A stretch of 64,000 nucleotides of DNA from an uncultured Bacillota bacterium. GTDB lineage: Bacteria; Bacillota_I; Bacilli_A; RF39; UBA660. The stretch lies in NCBI GenBank assembly GCA_905212975.1, contig CAJMGO010000004.1:4044-68043 (forward strand). The letters run 5' to 3'. Of the stretch, positions 1 to 9,016 are shown in pieces; position 1 is the stretch's first letter; each line of letters opens with the position of its first letter. The position numbers and the translations under genes were made by a program. The notes beneath the pieces are model-generated. The model searched no databases, was not told the origin of the DNA, and saw only the letters and a list, made by a program, of their open reading frames with translations.

Positions 1-2
1 AA

Positions 3-824
3 GAAGATACTGATAAAAAAGAAATACCACCACTTTTATTTAAAAAAAGTAATGGTGCATATCTTTATGCTTCAACAGATTTAGCAACACTTTTAGAAAG
101 AAAAAGAGATTATAATCCAGATCATGTACTTTATGTTACAGATTTAAGACAGGCACTTCATTTTGAACAAGTATTTAGAGTTTCAGATAAAGCAGGAATA
201 ATAAGCAAAGAAAAATTAGAACATCTTCCATATGGTACAGCAAATGGTCTTGATGGTAAACCATTTAAAACAAGAAATGGAGATAATCCAAAGCTTGAAA
301 ATTTATTTAATGAAGCAAAAGAAATTTTTAAATCAAAAAAAGAATCTAATTTAGATATGAGTGAATCAGATTTAGATAAAATAGTAAATAGTATTGTAAA
401 GTTTGCTGATTTACAAAACAATAGAGAAAGAGATTATATATTTGATATAAATAAATTTTCTGAGGTAGTTGGAAAAACTGGACCATATATTTTATATACA
501 TATCTTAGAATAAATAAAATAACAAAAAATGTTGACATAATATCAGATAATATTTATAATGATTCTGATAGAAATTTAAGATTAAAATTATTAGAATTAG
601 AACGTTCTGTAAAAAATGCATATATAAATAGAATGCCTAATTTTATAGCTGAATATTTATACGACTTATGTGTATGCGCTAATGCATTCTATCAAAATAA
701 TCATTTAAGTGATTTAGATGATGATACAAAAAGAAATGATTGGATGTATGTATTAAATTTAACTAATAAAGTTATAAAAGAAATGTTAAATCTATTAGTT
801 ATTGAAATACCTACAATAATGTAG
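3..824 (+). CDS. argS: Arginyl-tRNA synthetase, C-terminal ~273 aa (5' end outside window)
   Basis: Frame 3 is open from the window edge to TAG 822-824. Translation (..STDLATLLERKRDYNPDHVLYVTDLRQALHFEQVF..GPYILYTYLRINKI..) reads as class-I ArgS core plus anticodon-binding domain. The ORF-track Met at 357 is internal. Confidence 0.9.
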   Translation, partial: EDTDKKEIPPLLFKKSNGAYLYASTDLATLLERKRDYNPDHVLYVTDLRQALHFEQVFRVSDKAGIISKEKLEHLPYGTANGLDGKPFKTRNGDNPKLENLFNEAKEIFKSKKESNLDMSESDLDKIVNSIVKFADLQNNRERDYIFDINKFSEVVGKTGPYILYTYLRINKITKNVDIISDNIYNDSDRNLRLKLLELERSVKNAYINRMPNFIAEYLYDLCVCANAFYQNNHLSDLDDDTKRNDWMYVLNLTNKVIKEMLNLLVIEIPTIM

Positions 825-845
825 ATACTAGGGAGGAATTAACTT

Positions 846-1262
846 ATGAGTTTAAACAATTTAAAACAAGAAGACTTAGAAATAATGTCTAATACTGATA
901 TAGCTTACCACATTTTAAAAGAACATAATGCAATGACTACTGCTAATTTATTTAAAGAAATTTGTAATTTACTTGAATTAAGTGATGATGAATATGCAAA
1001 CAATATAGGAGATTTTTATACTGCACTAACAACAGATAAAAGATTTGTGCTTCTTGATACAAATGAATGGGATTTAAGAGATAAACATTCAGTTAAAATA
1101 GTAATGGAAGAAGAAGAGGAAGAAGAAGAGGAAACAGCTGATGAAGTTGAAGAATCAGCTGACGAAGATGACATTGATGAAGAAATGTTAGATGACGATT
1201 TGGATGATGATGATCTAGATGATTTATCAATAGTGAACGATGAAGAACTTGATGAAGAATAA
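846..1262 (+). CDS. rpoE: DNA-directed RNA polymerase delta subunit
   Basis: ~90-aa N-terminal domain (NTDIAYHILKE..FYTALTTDKRFVLL..WDLRD) followed by a ~45-aa Glu/Asp tail, the architecture of Firmicute RpoE delta. GGGAGG SD upstream. Confidence 0.85.
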   Translation: MSLNNLKQEDLEIMSNTDIAYHILKEHNAMTTANLFKEICNLLELSDDEYANNIGDFYTALTTDKRFVLLDTNEWDLRDKHSVKIVMEEEEEEEEETADEVEESADEDDIDEEMLDDDLDDDDLDDLSIVNDEELDEE

Positions 1263-1303
1263 GTTCTTTTTTTTATATAAAAAAAATATGGAATTAACCA
1301 TAT

Positions 1304-2101
1304 TTAACCTAAACCTACATCTAGTATCATCATTATAGAAAAACCAATTAAAGTAAATAGTGCCATTAAGTCTTTCTTTTTATTTGATTGACTTTCAGGT
1401 ATTAGTTCTTCAACAACTACATATATCATCGCTCCAGCAGCAAAAGCTAAAAGAAATGGAAGTAAAAATCTAACTTTTATAACTAATATAGCTCCAATAA
1501 TACTACTAATAGGCTCTACCAGTGCACTTAAACTTCCATAAATAAATGATTTTGTTCTAGAAAATCCCTCTCTTCTAAGAGGAACTGAAACAGCAGTTCC
1601 TTCAGGAAAATTTTGAAGTCCAATACCTAAAGCAAGCAAACATGCAGTACTAGTTGAAGCACCATCTAAACCATATGCAATAGAACCAAACGCAACACCA
1701 ACAGCTAATCCTTCTGGTATATTATGAAGAGTGATAGAAAACATAAGCATTAAACATCTTTTAAATTTAGTGTTTATTATCTTTTTCTTTTCACTTATCT
1801 TATCAAAAATTTTATCACCAATAAACAATAAAATTCCACCAAAAAGAAAACCAATAAGTGCAACAAGCCATGCAATCATATTTAAACTATTAGCCATTTC
1901 AATAGATGGAGAGAGAAGAGACCAAAATGATGCAGCAATCATTACTCCTGCAGAAAAGCCAAGCATTGCATCCATAATACTTTTATTTATTTTCTTAAAA
2001 AGAAATACAAATGAAGCACCAAATGCAGTAATACTAAATGTAAATAATCCAGCCATTAAAGCTTGAACTATGTGGTTTAATTCTAAAAACCAATTAAACA
2101 T
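1304..2101 (-). CDS. zupT: ZIP-family zinc/metal transporter (ZupT-like)
   Basis: 265 aa, about 8 TM segments, ZIP signature HNIPEGLAVGVAF and a second PEG (NFPEGTAV). Confidence 0.8.
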   Translation of the reverse strand: MFNWFLELNHIVQALMAGLFTFSITAFGASFVFLFKKINKSIMDAMLGFSAGVMIAASFWSLLSPSIEMANSLNMIAWLVALIGFLFGGILLFIGDKIFDKISEKKKIINTKFKRCLMLMFSITLHNIPEGLAVGVAFGSIAYGLDGASTSTACLLALGIGLQNFPEGTAVSVPLRREGFSRTKSFIYGSLSALVEPISSIIGAILVIKVRFLLPFLLAFAAGAMIYVVVEELIPESQSNKKKDLMALFTLIGFSIMMILDVGLG

Positions 2102-2124
2102 AATATCACCTATATTCTAATTTA

Positions 2125-2571
2125 TTGTATGTAAAATATCTTAAATGGTTACTCTTGACAAAAAGTTCTAGGGGAGGGTACAATATAGAAAGAATAGTAG
2201 AAGAGGGTAACTATTTCTGTAGTGAAAATTCAATCTCTAGATTAGAAGGAAGAACAACATGTACTAATGGAAATGAAATAAATGCAAAAGTTGGATTTTT
2301 AAGAATGGGTGAAATGCTGTCTGGATATTCAGTTACAATGTTGACAAAAAATTATACCACAGAGTATTCTATTAAAGGTTTAAAAAGTTATTGGATTATT
2401 AATAAAGTAAGAAAAGATGCATATCAAATAAATAATGATGGTGTTACTATTGGGACGGATCCATCTGCTAAATATAATGCCGATACATCTATTCGCCCAG
2501 TTATAAAGGTAAAAAATGAAATTACTGTTATGGGTGGAAATGGTACATGGAATAATCCTTATGAAATATAA
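2125..2571 (+). CDS. Hypothetical protein, possibly a C-terminal gene remnant
   Basis: ORF-track start is TTG only 23 nt from the divergent zupT start, with no signal peptide. Motif order VGFLRMGE..SYWII..SIRPVIKV resembles C-terminal domains of larger surface or pilin-like proteins. Start codon unclear. Confidence 0.3.
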   Translation: MYVKYLKWLLLTKSSRGGYNIERIVEEGNYFCSENSISRLEGRTTCTNGNEINAKVGFLRMGEMLSGYSVTMLTKNYTTEYSIKGLKSYWIINKVRKDAYQINNDGVTIGTDPSAKYNADTSIRPVIKVKNEITVMGGNGTWNNPYEI

Positions 2572-2575
2572 TTTA

Positions 2576-2608
2576 ATAAAAAAAGTTATAACATTTATAA
2601 CTTTTTTT
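2576..2608. terminator. Bidirectional rho-independent terminator
   Basis: Perfect 11-bp stem AAAAGTTATAA / TTATAACTTTT (2581-2591 / 2595-2605), 3-nt loop, flanked by an A-run and a T-run. Lies between convergent genes. Confidence 0.7.
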
Positions 2609-3155
2609 GTATATTATTATTATTATTTTTAAGATTATTTATATATTTTGTTAATATATTTATTAATGAATCAATACCTTTTTCTTTTGAACCTACTATA
2701 TTATATTCATTTATTTCTGATCCAGGAATAAATTGAATTAATTCAATATTTTCATGTTCTTCACTTAATAATTCCTCTGTCATTTGTAAATTAATAATAC
2801 CATCTTCAGCATAGTATATTCTATTTATATTTGGATTATTTTCTACATAATTACAAATTTGTTCCCATTTGCACAAATATGGATTATTGTATAGAGTATT
2901 ATTCTTATATATTTGATTATAACAATAGTTTGTATCTAATATAATATTTGTATCTTTTATATATTCTTGAATTTCATCTATGTACCTTTTTACAAATAAA
3001 TAATTATCTCCTGATATAAAATTAAAATATAGTATTTGATTATCACTTAGTTCTATTAGTTTATCTACTAATATTTTTATTTTTTCTTTTCTTAGGTTAA
3101 TATTTTCTTCATAACCATTAAATGTTCCTACAATATCACAAAAAAATACATTCAT
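2595..3155 (-). CDS. HAD-superfamily-like protein with degenerate motif I
   Basis: N-terminus FFCDIVGTF resembles HAD motif I DxDGT, but the second Asp is Val. ISGDN and AEDG resemble motifs II and IV. Weak, motif-only call. Confidence 0.35.
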   Translation of the reverse strand: MNVFFCDIVGTFNGYEENINLRKEKIKILVDKLIELSDNQILYFNFISGDNYLFVKRYIDEIQEYIKDTNIILDTNYCYNQIYKNNTLYNNPYLCKWEQICNYVENNPNINRIYYAEDGIINLQMTEELLSEEHENIELIQFIPGSEINEYNIVGSKEKGIDSLINILTKYINNLKNNNNNIQKKL

Positions 3156-3170
3156 AATTTTTCTTCCTTT

Positions 3171-3731
3171 CTATAGATTATCTGGTATTAATTTATCTAA
3201 ATAATTTACTAAATCTTCTTTACTATATTTATTTTCATTTTTTAGCCATTCTATACCAACATTAAATACTGCACCTAAATAAAACTTTGAAATAATTTCA
3301 ACAGGTATAGTTTTATTTTTAAATTCTATATCATTTAATCTTTTTGTTACCTCATGATTCAATACATCATATATGATATCCATAGTAATACTATTTCTGT
3401 TATTTATCATAGCAGATATATATATATTCCTTTTTTCATCAATATGATTAAAGAAAAGTTTTATTAATTCAATATAATATTGTTTAGTATTATTTATATT
3501 TTTATTTTTCGATAATTCTTCAATAAGTGAATCCTTTAAAGTATTAATATATTCTTCTAATAATTCATATTTATCATTATAATGAGAATAAAATGTTGAT
3601 CTATTTATTAGAGCATGAGAACAAATATCTGATACTTTTATTTCTTCAAATTGTTTTTCTTTCATTAATTCAAGTAAAGTTGAATATAATATATTTTTAG
3701 TTTTAATAACACGTAAATCATTCTTTTCCAT
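3171..3731 (-). CDS. TetR/AcrR-family transcriptional regulator
   Basis: N-terminal HTH pattern FEEIKVSDICSHALINRSTFYSHYNDKYELL. 186 aa. Divergent from the MMPL transporter gene. Confidence 0.85.
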   Translation of the reverse strand: MEKNDLRVIKTKNILYSTLLELMKEKQFEEIKVSDICSHALINRSTFYSHYNDKYELLEEYINTLKDSLIEELSKNKNINNTKQYYIELIKLFFNHIDEKRNIYISAMINNRNSITMDIIYDVLNHEVTKRLNDIEFKNKTIPVEIISKFYLGAVFNVGIEWLKNENKYSKEDLVNYLDKLIPDNL

Positions 3732-3909
3732 ATAACCACCACATTAATTATAAAATAGAAAATATGATTTGTAAAGATAATAAACACTATGTAGCTTATT
3801 TATACATACGTTTTTAACAAAGTGTTGTTTATTTATACGTATTTTTTATTATGTTGGTGTATTTTTTTAGAAAAAAGAATACAATTCTTTTGATGAATGG
3901 AGGAATAAT

Positions 3910-6900
3910 ATGAAAAAGTTTTCAAATTTTGTGTGTAAAAACAGAATAGCAATTTTGATTGTTTGTTCATTTTTATTTGTATTTTCAATAATAGGTACTA
4001 AAATGACAAAAATCAATTATGATATTTTAGTTTACTTACCAAAAGATATTGAAACAGTAAAAGGTCAAGATATAATGACAGATGAATTTGGTATGGGTGC
4101 ATATTCTGTTGTTATGACTGATAATATGAGTTCTAAAGAAATTTTAGAATTGGAAGAAAAATTTAGAAATATTGATGGAGTAAGTAAAGTTATAAGTGCT
4201 TATGATGTAATAGGTACTAATATTCCAATAAATATGCTTCCAAATAATATAAGTTCAAAACTTAATAAAGATTCTACTGATTTGTTATTTGTTACATTCG
4301 ATGAATCTACATCATCTATTAAAACTATAGATGCTATAAGAGAAATGAAAAAAATAAACAAAGACGATGTTAGTATAAGTGGTATGAGTTCTATGGTATT
4401 AGATACTATGGATTTATCAGAAAGAGAAATATTTATATATGTTGTAATAGCTGTTATTTTATGCTTACTTGTTCTTGAACTTTCTTTGGATTCTTATTTA
4501 GTACCAGTATTATTGTTAGCAAATATTGGTATAGCTATTTTATATAATTTAGGATCAAATATTATATTTGGAGAAATATCTTATATAACAAAAGCATTGG
4601 TTGCCGTATTACAACTTGGTGTTACAACTGACTTTTCTATATTCTTATATCACTCATATGAAAATAAGAAGAAAGATATAAAAGATAAAAATGAAGCAAT
4701 GAGTGAAGCAATATGTGAAACATTTATATCAGTAACTGGTAGTTCACTTACAACAATTGTTGGATTTCTAGTTCTTTGTACAATGAATTTAACTCTTGGT
4801 AAAGATTTAGGGCTTGTAATGGCTAAAGGTGTATTTTTAGGAGTAGTATGTGTTTTAACTTTGTTCCCAAGTTTACTTCTTACATTTGATTCACTAATAG
4901 AGAAAACTAAACATAAAGCTATTAAATTTAGTTTTAAAGGAATAAATAAATTTGTAATTAAACATTATAAAGCAATATTTATTGTATTTATTATATTGCT
5001 TATACCACTTTATAAAGCAAATAGTAAGGTAAGTGTTTATTATAAAATTGATGAAAGTTTACCAAAAAATTTACATAGTATAGTAGCTAATGAAAAATTA
5101 AAAGAAAAATTTAATATAGTTTCTGCAGAAATTATATTAGTTGATAAAAATATGAAAGCATCTGATCAAGAAAAGATGGTATCAGAAATAGAATCATTAG
5201 ATGGCATTGATTTTGTATTATCATTTTCTAAAGTAGAAGAACTTGGTATAACAAGAAATATGTTAAGTGATGATTTATTAAAAGTATTTGAAAGTGATAA
5301 ATATCAAATGATGTTATTAAATTCTGAATATGATGTCGCTACAGATGAATTAAATAATCAAGTAGATAGTATTAATACAATAATAAAAAAATATGATAAA
5401 AATGCTATATTAGCTGGAGAAGGTCCGCTAATGAAAGATTTAGTTACAATAAGTGATGAAGATTTTAATAGTGTAAATACATCTTCTATATTCTTTATAT
5501 TAATAGTAATGTTATTTGTTCTAAAATCAGTATCACTTCCAATATTATTGATTTTAGCAATAGAAGCTGCAATATTTACAAATATGGGAATATCTTATTT
5601 TTCAGGTTCAGTACTTCCTTTTGTAGCGCCAATAGTTCTTGGAACAATTCAACTTGGAGCAACAATTGATTATGCAATTCTATTGACTACTAATTTTATT
5701 AATTTAAGAAAACAAGGAAATAACAAATTTGAAGCTATAGAAAAATCATTAGATTATTGTTCTAATTCGATATTTGTAAGTGGAATGTGTTTCTTTGCAG
5801 CAACATTTGGTGTTGGTTTATATTCTGATCTAGAAATGGTTGGATCATTATGTACATTAATATCTAGAGGTGCAATTATAAGTATGATAGTTGTTATAAC
5901 TGTACTTCCTTCAATATTATTAGTTTTTGATAAATTAATAATAAAAACTACTTTGGGTATGAAAGGAATGAATAAAATGAAAAAGAAAACAATAAATAAA
6001 GCGAAAAAAGTACTTGCTGCTTTTCTAATTACTTCATGTGCATTATTACCAAATGTATCTTATGCACTAACAAAAGAAGAAACTGTATATGCTAAATTAA
6101 ATAGTGATGGTAGTGTAAAATCTACTACTGTAAATGAACATCTAATAAATGATGAAAAATTAGATTCAATTATTGATTATTCAGATTTAGAGAATATTAC
6201 TAATACTAATAGTAATAATAAATTTAAATCAGAAAATACTCTTTTAACTTGGGATGCTAAAGGAGAAGATATATTTTATCAAGGTACAACAAAAAAACAA
6301 TTACCTATAACTGAATCTGTTACTTATAAATTAAATGGTGAAGAAAAAGATTTAAAAGACATATTAGGTAAAAGTGGGAATATTGAGATAAATATTACTT
6401 ACACAAATTTAGATAAACATAATAAATATATAAATGGAAGATATGAAAATTTATATACTCCTTTTGTTGTAGCTACATCTACAGTTATACCAGTAGAAAA
6501 TAATAGTGATGTAACAATAACTAATGGTAAGGTTGTAAATAATGGAAACTCTTATGTATTAGTAGGTTTATCATCACCAGGCCTTTATGAAAGTACTCGT
6601 ATAAATGATTTAAAAGATTTTAATAAAATAACTATAAAATATAATACTAAAAATTTTGAATTATCATCAATTTATTCAATTATTACTCCAAAATTAATAA
6701 GTAGTAAAGATATAAACAGTTTAGTTAACTTAAATTCTTTATACAGTAGTGTAGAATTATTACAATCTTCAATTGATAAAATAGAAGAAGGTTCAAAAAA
6801 AGCTTTAGATGGTATAACTAGTGTTGAAGATGGAAGTATTAAAATAAATGATAACTTAAAAATTGTATCACAAAAATTAGATGAAATAAAAAATGGTAGT

Positions 6901-7701
6901 ATTTCAGTAGATAATGGATTAGAACAAATAATACAACAATTAGATAAATCAAGTGAAGTTTTAAATAATAAAGAGACATTGCAAAATATTGAAAATATGA
7001 AATTATTAATATCAAAGAATGAAGAAGTTATAAAATCTCTTGAAACATCAACAAGTTCATTGAAAGAAAATTATACTAAATATGCTTTAGCAAATAAAAC
7101 ATATGAAGAAATATTAAATGCTCCAACAGAAATAGATTTATATAATATTAAATTTACTTATGAAAATACATATTCAAAAAATGTTGAAATGTTAACTCTT
7201 TTAAAAACAAATAATGAAGCTTTAAAAACATCTTTAAATACATTTAATGAAGTTAATACAAAAATAACTACAACAATAACAACATTAAAAACATATTTAA
7301 ACCAAATAAAAATAGGAACAAGTAAATTATCATCAGGTACTTCTCAATTAAGTAGTGGAATGACTACACTAAGTGGTAAGATGAATGAACTTACAGCTGG
7401 TACAACAAACCTTAAAAATGGAATGACTACTTTAAATGATGGAATAGTAACATTTAATAATGATGGTATAAAGAAATTATCAAGTATGAGTAATACATTA
7501 AAAACATACTCTACAAGAGTAAATTCACTAGTTAAATTAAGTGAAGAATATAAAACAATGAATTTAAGTGGTGATAATGAAGCTAGTAGTAAATTTATAC
7601 TTGTAATAGATGGTGAAAAGAAAGAAAACAAAGTAACTAAAAAAGAAGAATCAGCAAAAAAAGAAACCATTGCTGATAGAACAAAAAAATTATTTAAATA
7701 A
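3910..7701 (+). CDS. MMPL/RND-superfamily transporter fused to a long extracellular coiled-coil (YhgE/Pip-like heptad repeat) region
   Basis: 1263 aa. Two bundles of ~6 TM segments separated by soluble loops (MMPL layout). An extra TM (KKVLAAFLITSCALL) is followed by ~560 aa with xxxLxxG-type repeats (GTSKLSSGTSQLSSGMTTLSGKMNELTAGTTNLKNGMTTLNDG). Confidence 0.8.
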   Translation: MKKFSNFVCKNRIAILIVCSFLFVFSIIGTKMTKINYDILVYLPKDIETVKGQDIMTDEFGMGAYSVVMTDNMSSKEILELEEKFRNIDGVSKVISAYDVIGTNIPINMLPNNISSKLNKDSTDLLFVTFDESTSSIKTIDAIREMKKINKDDVSISGMSSMVLDTMDLSEREIFIYVVIAVILCLLVLELSLDSYLVPVLLLANIGIAILYNLGSNIIFGEISYITKALVAVLQLGVTTDFSIFLYHSYENKKKDIKDKNEAMSEAICETFISVTGSSLTTIVGFLVLCTMNLTLGKDLGLVMAKGVFLGVVCVLTLFPSLLLTFDSLIEKTKHKAIKFSFKGINKFVIKHYKAIFIVFIILLIPLYKANSKVSVYYKIDESLPKNLHSIVANEKLKEKFNIVSAEIILVDKNMKASDQEKMVSEIESLDGIDFVLSFSKVEELGITRNMLSDDLLKVFESDKYQMMLLNSEYDVATDELNNQVDSINTIIKKYDKNAILAGEGPLMKDLVTISDEDFNSVNTSSIFFILIVMLFVLKSVSLPILLILAIEAAIFTNMGISYFSGSVLPFVAPIVLGTIQLGATIDYAILLTTNFINLRKQGNNKFEAIEKSLDYCSNSIFVSGMCFFAATFGVGLYSDLEMVGSLCTLISRGAIISMIVVITVLPSILLVFDKLIIKTTLGMKGMNKMKKKTINKAKKVLAAFLITSCALLPNVSYALTKEETVYAKLNSDGSVKSTTVNEHLINDEKLDSIIDYSDLENITNTNSNNKFKSENTLLTWDAKGEDIFYQGTTKKQLPITESVTYKLNGEEKDLKDILGKSGNIEINITYTNLDKHNKYINGRYENLYTPFVVATSTVIPVENNSDVTITNGKVVNNGNSYVLVGLSSPGLYESTRINDLKDFNKITIKYNTKNFELSSIYSIITPKLISSKDINSLVNLNSLYSSVELLQSSIDKIEEGSKKALDGITSVEDGSIKINDNLKIVSQKLDEIKNGSISVDNGLEQIIQQLDKSSEVLNNKETLQNIENMKLLISKNEEVIKSLETSTSSLKENYTKYALANKTYEEILNAPTEIDLYNIKFTYENTYSKNVEMLTLLKTNNEALKTSLNTFNEVNTKITTTITTLKTYLNQIKIGTSKLSSGTSQLSSGMTTLSGKMNELTAGTTNLKNGMTTLNDGIVTFNNDGIKKLSSMSNTLKTYSTRVNSLVKLSEEYKTMNLSGDNEASSKFILVIDGEKKENKVTKKEESAKKETIADRTKKLFK

Positions 7702-7727
7702 AAGACTTCTAAAAAAGTCTTTTTTTT
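7700..7727 (+). terminator. Rho-independent terminator after the MMPL gene
   Basis: Stem AAGACTT / AAGTCTT (7702-7708 / 7715-7721) followed by a T7 run. Confidence 0.7.
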
Positions 7728-7753
7728 GCTATAATCAATAATAGGTGAGAATT

Positions 7754-9016
7754 ATGTTTAATATTATATTTATAGTAGTTATTATTTTTATTATTGTAAA
7801 GCAGGTAAAATCTTCATCAAAAATAGATTCAAGTCCTGTTACAATGGGTAATATTAAAATACAAAATAGTTCACAATATACTCTTAATCCAATATATAAC
7901 TTAAATGATAAGCAATTACTTGAACAAATGGTAAGAAGTGAATTAAAAAAACAAAATGTTGAAAAGATAAAATTGAAATCCGTTGAGAATATTAAAATTA
8001 TATTAACTTGTATTTTTTCTTTATTAAATATTGTTTTTATTTGTTGTATATTTTTTCATACATTTTCTTATAAATATTTATTTGAAATTTTAAATATAAT
8101 AGTGTATATAATTATGATGAATAAAGTAAATACAGTAAGTTATTTAAAAAAACAAATTAAAGCAAGACCAGATGAAAAAATATCTTATATTATATCTTCA
8201 AAAGTTCAAGGCTCAGGTAAATCTTTACTATTTATAAGAATGATTATAATTATTGTTAGCTTTTTTTCAATTCTATTTTTTATAAAGCCACATACTTTTT
8301 ATGAAAAGACAGATGAAGGATATTATGTAAGATTTTATACATATGGAATCACTAATTTTGAAACAGTTACGATTCCATCTACATATAAAAATGAAAAAGT
8401 TATTGGAATAAGAGGAAAAGTATTCAGTAATATGAAACTTATAAAAGAAATTAATTTACCTGATTCTATTGAAGTTATAAGAGGAAGAGCATTTGAAAAT
8501 GACTATTCTTTGGAAAAGATTAATTTACCTAAAAATTTAACATATTTAGGTGGTAGTGCATTTAAGAATTGTAGCTCTCTTATATCAATAGAGATACCTA
8601 GTGGTGTTAAAGAAATAAATGGTAGTACTTTTGAAGGATGTTCAAGTTTAAAATATGTTAAATTACATGATAATATAACATCTATACATGGTTCAGTATT
8701 TAAAAATTGTTCAGATTTAGAAGAAATAAAATTACCAAAAAATATTACAGAAATAAGAGGTAATACTTTTGAAGAATGTACATCTCTTAAATCAATTGAT
8801 ATACCATATGGTGTTACAAGAATAGGTGGGCATGCATTTTACGGTTGTACTAATTTAAGGAGTGTTAAAGTTCCATCTACGGTTAAGGAAATAGGAAGTT
8901 CAGCATTTAGAAAGTGTCTTTCTTTAGATATTATTAATATCCCAGAAGATACAATTGTAAATGATAGAGCATTTAAAGAAAGTCCAACATTGGTATATAG
9001 GTATCAAGATGAGTAA
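7754..9016 (+). CDS. Membrane-anchored leucine-rich-repeat protein (BspA/LRR_5 type)
   Basis: ATG 7754 preceded by AGGTGA. ~4 TM segments in the first 180 aa, then about eight ~23-aa repeats (I..IP..V..Ig..AF..C..L). The stop overlaps the start of the next gene. Confidence 0.75.
   Translation: MFNIIFIVVIIFIIVKQVKSSSKIDSSPVTMGNIKIQNSSQYTLNPIYNLNDKQLLEQMVRSELKKQNVEKIKLKSVENIKIILTCIFSLLNIVFICCIFFHTFSYKYLFEILNIIVYIIMMNKVNTVSYLKKQIKARPDEKISYIISSKVQGSGKSLLFIRMIIIIVSFFSILFFIKPHTFYEKTDEGYYVRFYTYGITNFETVTIPSTYKNEKVIGIRGKVFSNMKLIKEINLPDSIEVIRGRAFENDYSLEKINLPKNLTYLGGSAFKNCSSLISIEIPSGVKEINGSTFEGCSSLKYVKLHDNITSIHGSVFKNCSDLEEIKLPKNITEIRGNTFEECTSLKSIDIPYGVTRIGGHAFYGCTNLRSVKVPSTVKEIGSSAFRKCLSLDIINIPEDTIVNDRAFKESPTLVYRYQDE

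Noticed and set aside
1108-1262. GAA/GAT-rich repetitive tract, considered as a microsatellite or low-complexity artefact.
   Set aside because: It encodes the native polyacidic C-terminal tail characteristic of the RNA polymerase delta subunit.
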